Below, piece after piece: positions 1 to 8,566 of a DNA stretch of 24,554 bases (position 1 is its first letter; every line of letters begins with the position of its first letter). The notes below the pieces were generated by a model that ran no database searches, was not told the DNA's origin, and worked only from the letters and a program-made list of their open reading frames with translations. Both the position numbers and the translations under genes were made by a program. This stretch comes from Archangiaceae bacterium (GTDB lineage: Bacteria > Myxococcota > Myxococcia > Myxococcales > Myxococcaceae), in assembly GCA_043750125.1 (NCBI GenBank), contig JAYVCD010000132.1, positions 1 through 24,554 on the forward strand. The letters are read 5' to 3'.

Positions 1-295
1 CTTTGAGATCAATGAGCTCATGGCGGGCGTCCCAACACTGCTTGACCTTGCGCGCGAAGAACGCAGCGTCAATCACCTCGCCCGGGTCTCGGGTCAGAAC
101 GCGCACGGCAATGGCTGACAGCGGGTCGTAGTAGCCGCGCGCCATGAACCGGCCGCCTTCGGTCAGATCCACCACGCTCCCCGGAGGCAGTCGCGGCACC
201 TGCTCGAGGCCCCGCTTGAAAACCCAGGGGTGCCCGGCCTTCAAATGGCGACCCAACCCAGGCTTGAGTTCGAGGCGGACAAGGGCGCTGCTCAC
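1..295 (-). CDS. RlmI/YwbD-like class I SAM-dependent rRNA methyltransferase, N-terminal PUA-like domain (partial, runs off window start)
   Basis: Not in the ORF track. Manual translation from GTG at 295: MSSALVRLELKPGLGRHLKAGHPWVFKRGLEQVPRLPPGSVVDLTEGGRFMARGYYDPLSAIAVRVLTRDPGEVIDAAFFARKV... GHPWVF and G.Y.P.S.IAVRVL match the RlmI N-terminus. SD AGGAGG lies upstream, and the start overlaps the HAD gene stop (GTGA). Confidence 0.85.
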   Translation of the reverse strand, partial: MSSALVRLELKPGLGRHLKAGHPWVFKRGLEQVPRLPPGSVVDLTEGGRFMARGYYDPLSAIAVRVLTRDPGEVIDAAFFARKVKQCWDARHELIDLK

Positions 296-1092
296 GTGCG
301 ACCTCCTTTTTGAGCGTGCGCGATCGCTTGGACGAGTTCGCAAAAGCCCCGGCCTTCCCGCGCGCGGGTCATGAACTTTGGAACAGCATCCAGGCGATCG
401 ATCACGTCCACCACGTTTGCCACTCCCACTGAAAGAGAGAAAGCGGCAAACATCGGAGCGTCGTTGAACGAATCCCCGACGTACACGAACCGGGGGTCGA
501 CCGGTCGAAACCGCACGTTCCAATGGCGCAGCATGAAATTGCGAACCGCCGACCGTTTGTCGAAGTTCCCCAGCCAGCAATTGACGTGCACGGAAGAGCG
601 CACGGCGGTCACCGAGCGCGTGGCCAGGAAGGCCTCGAGGGCATCGGCGGCCTTTGGCCCAAGGGGGGCCTCTTCGGCGTAGTCGATCGCCAGGTCGACT
701 TCCCGCGAAAAGCTGTCGGTTGAGAGCCGCGAGCCCTTCACTTTTTTGATCGCGGCGCCCACGATCCGCGCCAGCCGAACGCGGTTCTTCGCTCTGACTG
801 CGGAACTCTGGGCGAACCGCTTGGTCAGTCTCTTGCCCTCACGGGAATAGGTCAGTGCCCCGTTTTCGACGATCACCCCTGCGACGGGCAACTGGCGACC
901 CCAGCACTCACCCCAGCCCGAAGGTCGACCGCTGACCAGCACCACCTGCACCCGAAGGTCGACCAGCCGTTCGATTGCCCGAAGCACCGTGCCCGTCAAC
1001 CTCCCGTCGGTCGTGAGCGTACCGTCGACGTCGGCGAAGACCGCCCGCACCCGCCCGAGGTTCGCCCCGGACAGCGGCAGCGGTCGAATCAA
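292..1092 (-). CDS. HAD-IIB (Cof/sucrose-phosphatase-like) family hydrolase
   Basis: HAD motifs DVDGTL (I), SGR (II), K in FDK (III) and GDSFND (IV). Start moved from 1134 to TTG at 1092, which overlaps the upstream stop (TTGA) and has GGAG upstream. Confidence 0.88.
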   Translation of the reverse strand: MIRPLPLSGANLGRVRAVFADVDGTLTTDGRLTGTVLRAIERLVDLRVQVVLVSGRPSGWGECWGRQLPVAGVIVENGALTYSREGKRLTKRFAQSSAVRAKNRVRLARIVGAAIKKVKGSRLSTDSFSREVDLAIDYAEEAPLGPKAADALEAFLATRSVTAVRSSVHVNCWLGNFDKRSAVRNFMLRHWNVRFRPVDPRFVYVGDSFNDAPMFAAFSLSVGVANVVDVIDRLDAVPKFMTRAREGRGFCELVQAIAHAQKGGRT

Positions 1093-2189
1093 TACAGCTC
1101 CAGCCCCGAGAGCAGCCCGAGACATTGCTCGCACGCTGCCGGAACGTCGTCCTGGGTGAACTGACCCTCGCCCATCACCCGCAGCCAGGCGTCGAACTCG
1201 GATTTCCGGCCGTAGATCGACCGAGCGTAGACAAGAATCTTCTTCAGGTGCATCACGGATTCCTGAGCCCGCCCGTCGTTGATCAGGCCCAACACGCGCT
1301 CAATCGCGACCCCGCACGAGGCCACGACCTCGCGGTCATGCTGCATCAGCAGGTCTCGTTGATTGATGGCCTTGAACGCCACGACGAACTCGACGAATGG
1401 ATTCAGAGTGAGCGCGAGCTCTTTTTTCTTCAGGTCCTTGCGCGAGATTCCTTCGATCGTCTGTCCGAACTCGAGAATCTGCCGCTTGTCCTGGGCGCGA
1501 AGAAACGCCCACGCTTTCGCCGTTCCGAATTCCTTCAGCTCACGCACCAACTGCTGGGCATTCCATTCGACATCCTCATTCTCAGCGCCCGCGATGCTCT
1601 TTAGCCGCGCTTTCAGGGTCCGACGCAGCTCGGTCGTCGCCGTGCGAATCGCGAGGGCGTGAGCCAACTCTTCGCCGTAGCCTGGATCCACCTCGGGCCG
1701 CCTGCAGTCGCCGAGCACCGAAGCGGTGTCGTACACCATGCCGCCAATGCGGTTGCGCGTGCTGTAGCGAAAGCTCTGCAGCTCAGTGACCAGATTCCAG
1801 CGGTCCCCCACGACCGCGGGATCTCGAACCCGCATTCCGAAGTTGCTCACTTCCGTCCTCAGCTCTGCCGCTGTGCTTTGGACGATGGGGTGGACGCGAG
1901 CGTGCGTCTGATCCGAAGGGACGAGGGAGGCCGGGAATTGCCCCCCCATCTCGGTGAGCAGTGCGTTGACCGCGGCAATCGTGGCTCCCAGCAGGGGCGC
2001 CATCTCTTCCCACAAAGACAGGTCAGCAGAGGCATCGACCGGAGCATCGTCGTACCGAATCAGCTCGAGCTCGCCCAGCGCTTCGATCGCAGTGGTCGCG
2101 GCCTCGTAAATCGCGCGAAGAGGAGCGGCGAGCACCCCCGGCGAGGCATTCAACAAGCCGGTCAACCGCATGGGCAGCGACGACGACAA
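1089..2189 (-). CDS. Hypothetical, probably all-helical cytoplasmic protein (366 aa)
   Basis: Long ORF with natural composition, coupled to the HAD gene and preceded by a TAGACT box. No motif recognised. Confidence 0.7.
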   Translation of the reverse strand: MSSSLPMRLTGLLNASPGVLAAPLRAIYEAATTAIEALGELELIRYDDAPVDASADLSLWEEMAPLLGATIAAVNALLTEMGGQFPASLVPSDQTHARVHPIVQSTAAELRTEVSNFGMRVRDPAVVGDRWNLVTELQSFRYSTRNRIGGMVYDTASVLGDCRRPEVDPGYGEELAHALAIRTATTELRRTLKARLKSIAGAENEDVEWNAQQLVRELKEFGTAKAWAFLRAQDKRQILEFGQTIEGISRKDLKKKELALTLNPFVEFVVAFKAINQRDLLMQHDREVVASCGVAIERVLGLINDGRAQESVMHLKKILVYARSIYGRKSEFDAWLRVMGEGQFTQDDVPAACEQCLGLLSGLELY

Positions 2190-2231
2190 TGCCCAAGCAG
2201 TCTAAGGGATCCCCCAATAGAATCCGGGCAA

Positions 2232-3179
2232 ATGATGCGCGTTCGTGTTTACGACCCGGCGACGGGAGCCGGACAGTCGGGAAGTGAAGAGCTGCTTGGG
2301 GCTCAGGGGATCAAGTGGGTCGACGTGATTCAACCCACCCCAGAGGTGCTCGAGAAGCTCGCCCAGCGCTTTGGACTCCACCGTCTGGCGATCGAGGACT
2401 GCCTGCACCTCGACCAGCGCCCGAAGATTGAGCAGTACCCTGGCCACCAGTTCATCGTGCTTCAGGGCTTCTCGTGTGCCGGAGACATCAACGAGATCAC
2501 GCTGCACGAGATGCACTTCTTCCTCGGCGCGGACTGGGTCTTGACCGTGCATTCCGAAGGGCATGACGCGATTGAAAAGACCCACCGTCGACTCGACACG
2601 GATCTTGCGGACTCGCTGGGTCGCGGCCCTGATTTCCTTTGCTACCTGGTGGCGGACGCGCTGGTCGATCACAACTTTCCGCTGCTCGACCGGTTCAATG
2701 ACGAGCTCGAGGACCTCGAAACGGAAATCTTCGAAAAGCCCACCCGCGCGCTGCTTCATCGCGCCTTCACCTTGAAGCGCAACCTGGTGCAGGTGCGGCG
2801 GGTATTGTCGCCCCAGCGCGATGTCGTCGGGCTGCTCGCGCGCAATGGGATCGCACACGTCCAGGAGAAAACCGCGCTGTACTTTCGAGACGTCTACGAC
2901 CACCTCGTGCGCCTCTACGAGCAGATCGACGCAGCGCGAGACCTGATTGGAAATGCGATGGAAGTGTATCTGTCGGTGGTGGCGAACAAGACCAACGAGG
3001 TCACCAAACAACTGACCCTGTTCGCGAGCATCTTCATGCCGCTGTCCTTTGTGGTGGGGTTCTTCGGACAAAACTTTGGCGACCTGACCCGGCCCGGCTT
3101 CTTCTGGACCTCGATGTCCGTCTGCGCCGCGGTACCCATCGGAATGACCCTCTATTTCTGGAAGCGCGGGTGGCTCTAA
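2232..3179 (+). CDS. corA: CorA/ZntB family divalent cation transporter
   Basis: WVDV..P, FGLHRLAIEDCL...QRPKIE, YFRDVYDHL, N..K.LT......MPLSFVVGFFGQNF, second TM helix and KRGWL C-terminus. The real start is ATG 2232, not 1659. Confidence 0.92.
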   Translation: MMRVRVYDPATGAGQSGSEELLGAQGIKWVDVIQPTPEVLEKLAQRFGLHRLAIEDCLHLDQRPKIEQYPGHQFIVLQGFSCAGDINEITLHEMHFFLGADWVLTVHSEGHDAIEKTHRRLDTDLADSLGRGPDFLCYLVADALVDHNFPLLDRFNDELEDLETEIFEKPTRALLHRAFTLKRNLVQVRRVLSPQRDVVGLLARNGIAHVQEKTALYFRDVYDHLVRLYEQIDAARDLIGNAMEVYLSVVANKTNEVTKQLTLFASIFMPLSFVVGFFGQNFGDLTRPGFFWTSMSVCAAVPIGMTLYFWKRGWL

Positions 3180-3181
3180 AA

Positions 3182-3964
3182 ATGGCGTATCTCAACCTCC
3201 AAGGGCGCGCGTACCAGTACCGCGACGTGGGCGCGGGCCGACCCCTGCTGTTACTTCACGGGTTTCCCCTGACCGGGGCCAGCTTCTGGCCGCAGTTGGA
3301 CGCTCCCCCCCAAGGCATTCGGCTGATCGTTCCTGATCACCGCGGGTTTGGACAAAGTGCGCGCGGCGAAAGTCTGCTCACGATGGACGCTCTTGCAGCT
3401 GATGCGCTCTCCTTGCTCGAGGCGCTGAAGCTTCCACAGGTTGCGGTGGGCGGAGTGTCGATGGGCGGCTACGTCGCGATGGCCCTGCTGCGGCTGGATC
3501 CCGCTCGGGTGGGTCGGTTGATCCTGATCGACACCCAATGTGGGGCTGATGACGATGCGGCGCGGGCACGGCGAGAAGCGACGGCGCTCGAGCTCGAAGC
3601 CAGGGGCGTCGGCCCCCTGGTGGAAGCCATGATTCCAAAGTTGCTCGCGCCTGGCGCACCTGAAGAAGTCCGGCGCCGCGTCGAGGCTTTGATGCGCTCG
3701 GTGGATCCCAAGTCGGCGGCCAGGGCCAGCCGGGCGATGGCGATCCGTGCGGACAGCCGCGAGATCCTCTCGAGGTTCGCGGGGCCGGCCCTGGTTGTGG
3801 TGGGCAGCGACGATTCGATCACTCCACCGGCGAAGGCGAAAGAGATGGCCGCGCTGATCGGGGGCTCACGCTGGGTACAAATCGAAGGCGCTGGCCATCT
3901 TTCCAACCTCGAAAAGCCTGAGGCCTTCAACGCTGCGCTCAGCGAGTTTCTGGCGTTGTCGTAA
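3182..3964 (+). CDS. Alpha/beta fold hydrolase (PcaD/enol-lactonase-like)
   Basis: LLHGFP, PDHRGFGQS, nucleophile elbow GVSMGG, Asp in GSDDSITP, His in AGHLSNLE. ATG at 3182 lies just after the corA stop. Confidence 0.9.
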   Translation: MAYLNLQGRAYQYRDVGAGRPLLLLHGFPLTGASFWPQLDAPPQGIRLIVPDHRGFGQSARGESLLTMDALAADALSLLEALKLPQVAVGGVSMGGYVAMALLRLDPARVGRLILIDTQCGADDDAARARREATALELEARGVGPLVEAMIPKLLAPGAPEEVRRRVEALMRSVDPKSAARASRAMAIRADSREILSRFAGPALVVVGSDDSITPPAKAKEMAALIGGSRWVQIEGAGHLSNLEKPEAFNAALSEFLALS

Positions 3965-3965
3965 G

Positions 3966-4343
3966 TTACGGAGGGGTGCAGATGACCTGGTCGCCGGTCA
4001 CAGCGCACGAGCGACAGGTATTGGTTTTCACCAGTTTTCCGTCACGGCACTCGAGCGTGCCCTTCATGTCCTTGGTGCACAGTCCTCGGCCCTGAGCGCT
4101 CGAGGCACAGTTGTCGCCTTCGTCGTTCGCGCTCATGTCGCAGGACACCACGTCGCCCACCCGCTTGCAGCCGTTCGCACCCTTGCAGGGAAGCGAGACC
4201 CAGATCATGCCCTTGCATTCGAGCGCCGCGGTGGGGTCAGCGCACAAGAACCCATTGGTGTTGCACTTGCGGCCTTCGCCGGCTGAGCCGCAGGCAAGCA
4301 TCGAAAACGAGGTGGCGAAGACAAGAAGTGCAAGACCGCGCAT
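3966..4343 (-). CDS. Cysteine-rich lipoprotein with two 6-Cys repeats
   Basis: MRGLALLVFATSFSMLA-C lipoprotein signal, then 12 further Cys in two similar units. Start set at ATG 4343. Confidence 0.8.
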   Translation of the reverse strand: MRGLALLVFATSFSMLACGSAGEGRKCNTNGFLCADPTAALECKGMIWVSLPCKGANGCKRVGDVVSCDMSANDEGDNCASSAQGRGLCTKDMKGTLECRDGKLVKTNTCRSCAVTGDQVICTPP

Positions 4344-4383
4344 CGTATTTTCCGTGAGTAGAACCGGCCGAAAAAGCGCACAA

Positions 4384-4412
4384 ACTATCGGTGGGGACTT
4401 CCCTCGAGTCAA
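4384..4412 (-). promoter_or_regulatory. Putative sigma70 promoter for the Cys-rich lipoprotein
   Basis: Minus-strand TTGACT (4407-4412), 17-nt spacer, GATAGT (4384-4389). Confidence 0.35.
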
Positions 4413-5425
4413 AGCACTTCGCCGAAGAAGCGTCGGAAATTACCCCCGAGCAGCTTTTCGATTCGCGCGATCGGATGTCGACGTTTGATCAAGGCCTCGG
4501 TCAGCTTCGGCAGGTCCCGGACATCTTTCATTCCCTTCGGGAGTGCGATCATTCCATCGAAGTCGCTGCCCAGCCCCACGCCCTCTTCCCCCATGACATT
4601 CACCGCGTGCTCGAGGTGCCGAACGAGGTCTTCGAACGTCTTTCCCCCCAGAAATACCGGCGCAAAGATGATCCCCACCACCCCTCCTTTTTCAGCGATC
4701 GCCTTCAACGCGTCGTCGTCGAGGTTGCGCCACGAACGCTTGGCTCCCACCACTCCTCCGTGAGAGCAGAACGGACGTGCTTTGGGGTGCGCGAGCATCT
4801 CGGCCAGGGTGCTGCGCGAGGCGTGAGCTATGTCCAACGCCATTCCGATCTCGGCCATCGTGTCGAGAACCTCGCGACCCAGGGGCGATAGGGGCCGATT
4901 GCCCATCAGGGGAAAGCTCGAACCCCCCAGCTCGTTGTTGGCAAGGTGGGTCAGACCGATGAAGCGCACTCCGCGCTGGTGCAGCTCGGCCACGCGTTCG
5001 ACCTTGCCCTCGATCGCGTGGCCTCCTTCCACCCCCACCACCGCCGACAGAGCTCCGTTGGCGAGGTTCGCCTCGAGCTGGGCCCCACTGGCCGCGATCG
5101 ACGCCTTCCCAGCCGATCGACGGCAAAAGTCTGCCATTCGATCGAGCTGCCAGGTGCACCGGGCCCATTCTCCCCGCTGGGCATGCGGGGGCCAGTTGCG
5201 CTTGCGAACGAAGAGCCCAAACCCATCGACGAACGGAATGCCGCGCGTCACCACCGTGAAGCACTGAATTTTCACCCCCGCCTGCTGCAGCCGGGGGAAG
5301 TCCACATGCCCCTCTTCCGATTGAACCGTGAGATCGCGGTTCCACATCAAGGAATCCGCGTGCCCGTCGGCGATGCAAGCAGTTCGATGGAGCGCGGTGA
5401 TGTCGATCACCTCTTCGCTATTCAT
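4409..5425 (-). CDS. Membrane/renal dipeptidase family (peptidase M19) metallohydrolase
   Basis: DGHAD (HxD), VEGG, GLTH, DIAH, SH....RNL and GSDFDG motifs. The start could instead be GTG at 5410. Confidence 0.9.
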   Translation of the reverse strand: MNSEEVIDITALHRTACIADGHADSLMWNRDLTVQSEEGHVDFPRLQQAGVKIQCFTVVTRGIPFVDGFGLFVRKRNWPPHAQRGEWARCTWQLDRMADFCRRSAGKASIAASGAQLEANLANGALSAVVGVEGGHAIEGKVERVAELHQRGVRFIGLTHLANNELGGSSFPLMGNRPLSPLGREVLDTMAEIGMALDIAHASRSTLAEMLAHPKARPFCSHGGVVGAKRSWRNLDDDALKAIAEKGGVVGIIFAPVFLGGKTFEDLVRHLEHAVNVMGEEGVGLGSDFDGMIALPKGMKDVRDLPKLTEALIKRRHPIARIEKLLGGNFRRFFGEVL

Positions 5426-5443
5426 ATAGGGTCCCCCGCCGCG

Positions 5444-7012
5444 ATGACGACTCTCAAGAGCTATCTTAAAGGCCAGTGGGTGAGCGGACAGGGCACCCCC
5501 GTAACTTTGGTTAACCCGAGCACCGAAGAAGTGCTCACCCGCTGTTCTACCGCCGGCCTCGACTTCAAGGGCGCGGTAGAATTTGCGCGGCAGACCGGCG
5601 GCGCGGGACTGCGCGCGCTCACGTTTGCGCAGCGAGGAATGATCTTGAGGACCCTGGCCAAGGTCTTGGGTGACGCACGCGAAGAACTGATCGCGCTCGG
5701 GCTGAGCAATGCCGGCAACACCCGCTCGGACGCAAAGTTCGACATCGATGGGGCCGCGGCCACGCTCAACTACTACGCCGATCTGGGCACGAAGCTCGGA
5801 GAGGTCAAGGTGCTCGGCGATGGAGAAGGCGTGCCGCTGGGCCGCTCAGCTCGACTCTACGGCCAGCACGTTCTGACTGCGCGCCATGGGGTGGCGGTGC
5901 ACATCAACGCGTTCAATTTCCCCGCCTGGGGCATGGGCGAGAAGTTGGCCGTTGCTCTGCTCGCAGGGGTGCCGGTCATTTCGAAGCCGGCGACATCAAC
6001 CGCATTGATGGCCCACCGCATCGCCGAGCTCTGGATTCAGAGTCAGGCTTTGCCCTCGGGCGCCTTCAGCTTCGTCTGTGGCAGCGTCGGAGACCTGCTC
6101 TCTCACCTTGGCGCCCAGGACGTGGTGGCCTTCACCGGCTCGTCCGACACCGCGCTGAACATTCGCCGGCAAGAGAACCTGGCCCGCGACAGCGTGCATG
6201 TGAACATCGAAGCCGACAGCCTCAACTCGGCGATTCTCGGCCCCGACGCGGTGTCCGGCACCGAGGCGCTCAACCTTTTTCTCACCGACGTGGCCAAGGA
6301 AATCACTCAGAAGACCGGCCAGAAGTGCACCGCGGTTCGACGCATCTATGCGCCGGCAGATCGACTCGACGAAGTGCGTGACGCTCTCGTCGACCGGCTG
6401 AAGGACGTGCGAGTCGGAAATCCGGCCGACGAGAAGACCACCATGGGGCCGCTGGCGACGATGAGCCAACTGCGAGACGTGCGGGCGGGAATCGACAAGC
6501 TCGCGGCAAGCTACGAAGTCGCGCTGGGCGGAAGCCAACCCGTGCCGGGGCAGACCAAGGGAGCCTTCGTGGCCCCGACCTTGTTCGTCAACCGAAAGCC
6601 CAGGCCCGACACCAGCGATCCGGTCAACGCCCACGAAGTCTTCGGGCCGGTCGCCACCCTGATGCCGTATTCCTCGACGGCTGAGCTGCTCGCCCTCGTC
6701 GCGGCGGGGGGCGGAGGACTCGTCTCGAGCATCTACGGTGATGACAAGGCATGGCTTGGTGAAGTGGTGGTGGGCATCGCGCCCTGGCATGGCCGGGTGA
6801 CGATCAGCGGCGAGAAAGTCGCCGGGCAGACGCTGCCCCCGGGCACGGTCATGCCCCAGCTGTTGCATGGTGGCCCGGGTCGGGCCGGAGGCGGAGAAGA
6901 GTTGGGCGGGATGCGTGGGCTTTCGCTTTACCTGCAGCGTACGGCTCTGCAGGGCCCTCGTCCCTTCGTCGAGGCGTTGGCGAACGTGAAGAGCGCGACG
7001 CCGCCCGCTTAA
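5444..7012 (+). CDS. PaaZ-N/BoxD-type aldehyde dehydrogenase (3,4-dehydroadipyl-CoA semialdehyde dehydrogenase-like), no MaoC domain
   Basis: [25 protein letters not shown] (catalytic Glu), GQKCTA (catalytic Cys), EVFGPV and [15 protein letters not shown], typical of the PaaZ/BoxD ALDH clade. The real start is ATG 5444. Confidence 0.88.
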   Translation: MTTLKSYLKGQWVSGQGTPVTLVNPSTEEVLTRCSTAGLDFKGAVEFARQTGGAGLRALTFAQRGMILRTLAKVLGDAREELIALGLSNAGNTRSDAKFDIDGAAATLNYYADLGTKLGEVKVLGDGEGVPLGRSARLYGQHVLTARHGVAVHINAFNFPAWGMGEKLAVALLAGVPVISKPATSTALMAHRIAELWIQSQALPSGAFSFVCGSVGDLLSHLGAQDVVAFTGSSDTALNIRRQENLARDSVHVNIEADSLNSAILGPDAVSGTEALNLFLTDVAKEITQKTGQKCTAVRRIYAPADRLDEVRDALVDRLKDVRVGNPADEKTTMGPLATMSQLRDVRAGIDKLAASYEVALGGSQPVPGQTKGAFVAPTLFVNRKPRPDTSDPVNAHEVFGPVATLMPYSSTAELLALVAAGGGGLVSSIYGDDKAWLGEVVVGIAPWHGRVTISGEKVAGQTLPPGTVMPQLLHGGPGRAGGGEELGGMRGLSLYLQRTALQGPRPFVEALANVKSATPPA

Positions 7013-7518
7013 CCGCCGTCGGTCGAGCCCGCGTCGATACAGAACGGGGCTCCGGCGTTGATCCAGCGAATCAACTGGGCGCGCTCAACGGATGTCGGTC
7101 GCACGTTCGCCGGGCTTGGCGGAGGCATGTCATCGACGGTAACGCGGGCCTTGATTCGGAGCGCCTTCTCGAGCGCGCCGCCGGCGGGATCGGTGTACCG
7201 ATCGAAGCGATACGGCAAGCTGCTGCCGCTCGTGTCGGCGCCATGGCAATTGCTGACGCAGGTCCGCTCGAGAATCAGCTTTGCGGACGAGCAGTAGTCT
7301 AGATTTCCGCTGCTCGAGCCCCCGCCGCCAGTGCCTCCCCCGCCAATCTCGATCTGATGCACCAGCTCACAGCTTCGCCCGGTGCCGCGAACCTGCGCGC
7401 ACACGTAGGGCTCGGGGCAATCGTTGTTCGAGTCGCAACCCTTTCCGGCGAAAGTACCTGCGCCAATGAAACAGCCGACGGCGCCCACCGCGGCGAAGAA
7501 AACCAAAGGAACGCGCAT
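7009..7518 (-). CDS. Lipoprotein monoheme c-type cytochrome-like protein (CX3CH; planctomycete-cytochrome-like domain)
   Basis: Start ATG 7518 (TGATG overlap). Signal MRVPLVFFAAVGAVG-C, Cys-rich module, Gly linker, then ILERTCVSNCHG...MPP...LIRWINAGA. Confidence 0.75.
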   Translation of the reverse strand: MRVPLVFFAAVGAVGCFIGAGTFAGKGCDSNNDCPEPYVCAQVRGTGRSCELVHQIEIGGGGTGGGGSSSGNLDYCSSAKLILERTCVSNCHGADTSGSSLPYRFDRYTDPAGGALEKALRIKARVTVDDMPPPSPANVRPTSVERAQLIRWINAGAPFCIDAGSTDGG

Positions 7519-8558
7519 CAGTTGTTCCTGGCCCCTTGGGAAATCCAGGTCTCGATCTTCGTGAACTCGGCAGGCTGCAAGACGCGAAGCGGCATCAGGT
7601 TTCGCGGCATCGGGTTGAGGCAAAAACCGCCGTCAGGGGTGAGCTTCCGCCACAGTTGAGACGCTTTGGGGTCAAATGCCACCACGCGCTGGCCTCCGTT
7701 GCAGGCCACGCTGGTGCTGATCGCGACCAGGGCTCCGTGAGAATTTCCACTGGTGAGCAGCAGGCCGCCATTGACCATTCCTGCTGTGTGGCAAGCCACG
7801 GTGCAGCGGGCAGTAAAGATGGGCTGAATATCGGCCGCGAAGCTCAGCTGCGGCCCGGCGTCCACGCCCGCATCCATGCCCGCGTCTCTGACGATGGGCA
7901 TCTCACACGTTCCCGACCCGAACGGTGACCCGGCGTCGAGCCACTTGGCGAAGATCAGCTTCTCAGCGGCGTTGTAGGGAGGAAAGACCGCTTGCTCGGT
8001 GGGAGGGGGCATCGTGTTGTCGAGCATCCGCGCGTACGCCCGCGGCCCTTTGTCCTTCAAGCCGGGAAGTCCCCCGTCCTTCACCTCGTAGTAGTCGAGG
8101 CGAAAGTCTTTCGGACTGTTGGGGTAGACCATCTGGGCCGAGTGGCAGGTGCCCAGGCATTTGGCCCCCATCGTGATCCGGATCTCGGTGCAGTAATCGG
8201 GAGGCGGCCCGGCATCTTTGATGGGTACGCCCCCTCCTCCTCCGCCCCCAACACCGCCGCCCGCAGAACCCCCCAGGCCGCCGGTACCGCCGGTGCCTCC
8301 CCCCGCCCCTCCGCCCGTGCTGCCCGCATCGTAGGGATCAGGTGGAAATTTTACCTCACACAGACACCCCTTCTCGGCCTGGTCGCACGCCGCCTGGGGC
8401 CATTTCGCGGTCGAGGCACAGACGTAGCCTCCGACCTTGGGGCAGGTAGAGCTGTTGGTGCAGGTCTTGGAAAAGTCGTCGACCCCAATGAAGCAACCGT
8501 TGGCGGCTATCGCCACTGCGAGGGCACCCAAAATGAAGCCGATTCGGAAGCGTCTCAT
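7518..8558 (-). CDS. Lipoprotein diheme c-type cytochrome-like protein (2x CX3CH)
   Basis: Signal ending ANG-C, Cys-rich module, poly-Gly linker. Domain 1 CLGTCH...MPP...KWLDAG; domain 2 SFAADIQPIFTARCTVACH...NPMP...WISQGA. Confidence 0.8.
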   Translation of the reverse strand: MRRFRIGFILGALAVAIAANGCFIGVDDFSKTCTNSSTCPKVGGYVCASTAKWPQAACDQAEKGCLCEVKFPPDPYDAGSTGGGAGGGTGGTGGLGGSAGGGVGGGGGGGVPIKDAGPPPDYCTEIRITMGAKCLGTCHSAQMVYPNSPKDFRLDYYEVKDGGLPGLKDKGPRAYARMLDNTMPPPTEQAVFPPYNAAEKLIFAKWLDAGSPFGSGTCEMPIVRDAGMDAGVDAGPQLSFAADIQPIFTARCTVACHTAGMVNGGLLLTSGNSHGALVAISTSVACNGGQRVVAFDPKASQLWRKLTPDGGFCLNPMPRNLMPLRVLQPAEFTKIETWISQGARNN

Positions 8559-8566
8559 GGGTCACT

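Noticed and set aside
1659-2231. N-terminal 191-aa extension of CorA in the ORF track
   Set aside because: Antisense to the 366-aa gene; CorA similarity starts at ATG 2232, which has a -10 box just upstream.
4385-4411. ACCGATAG as a second sigma28-type -10
   Set aside because: Two mismatches and no matching -35; better explained by a sigma70-like TTGACT-N17-GATAGT.
2203-5437. Similar motifs TAAGGGATCCCCC (2203-2215) and TAGGGTCCCCC (5427-5437) in two divergent intergenic regions as a shared operator
   Set aside because: Only two short GC-rich instances before unrelated genes; could be chance or part of the -10 context.
4946-5443. N-terminal extension of the ALDH (688-aa ORF)
   Set aside because: Antisense shadow of the dipeptidase; the ALDH begins at MTTLKSY (5444). 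Not a fusion.
8225-8335. GC-rich repetitive DNA (ccgccg/cccc runs), also at 7310-7345 and 13650-13740
   Set aside because: Explained by poly-Gly and Ala/Lys/Pro protein linkers; not a CRISPR array or DNA repeat element.
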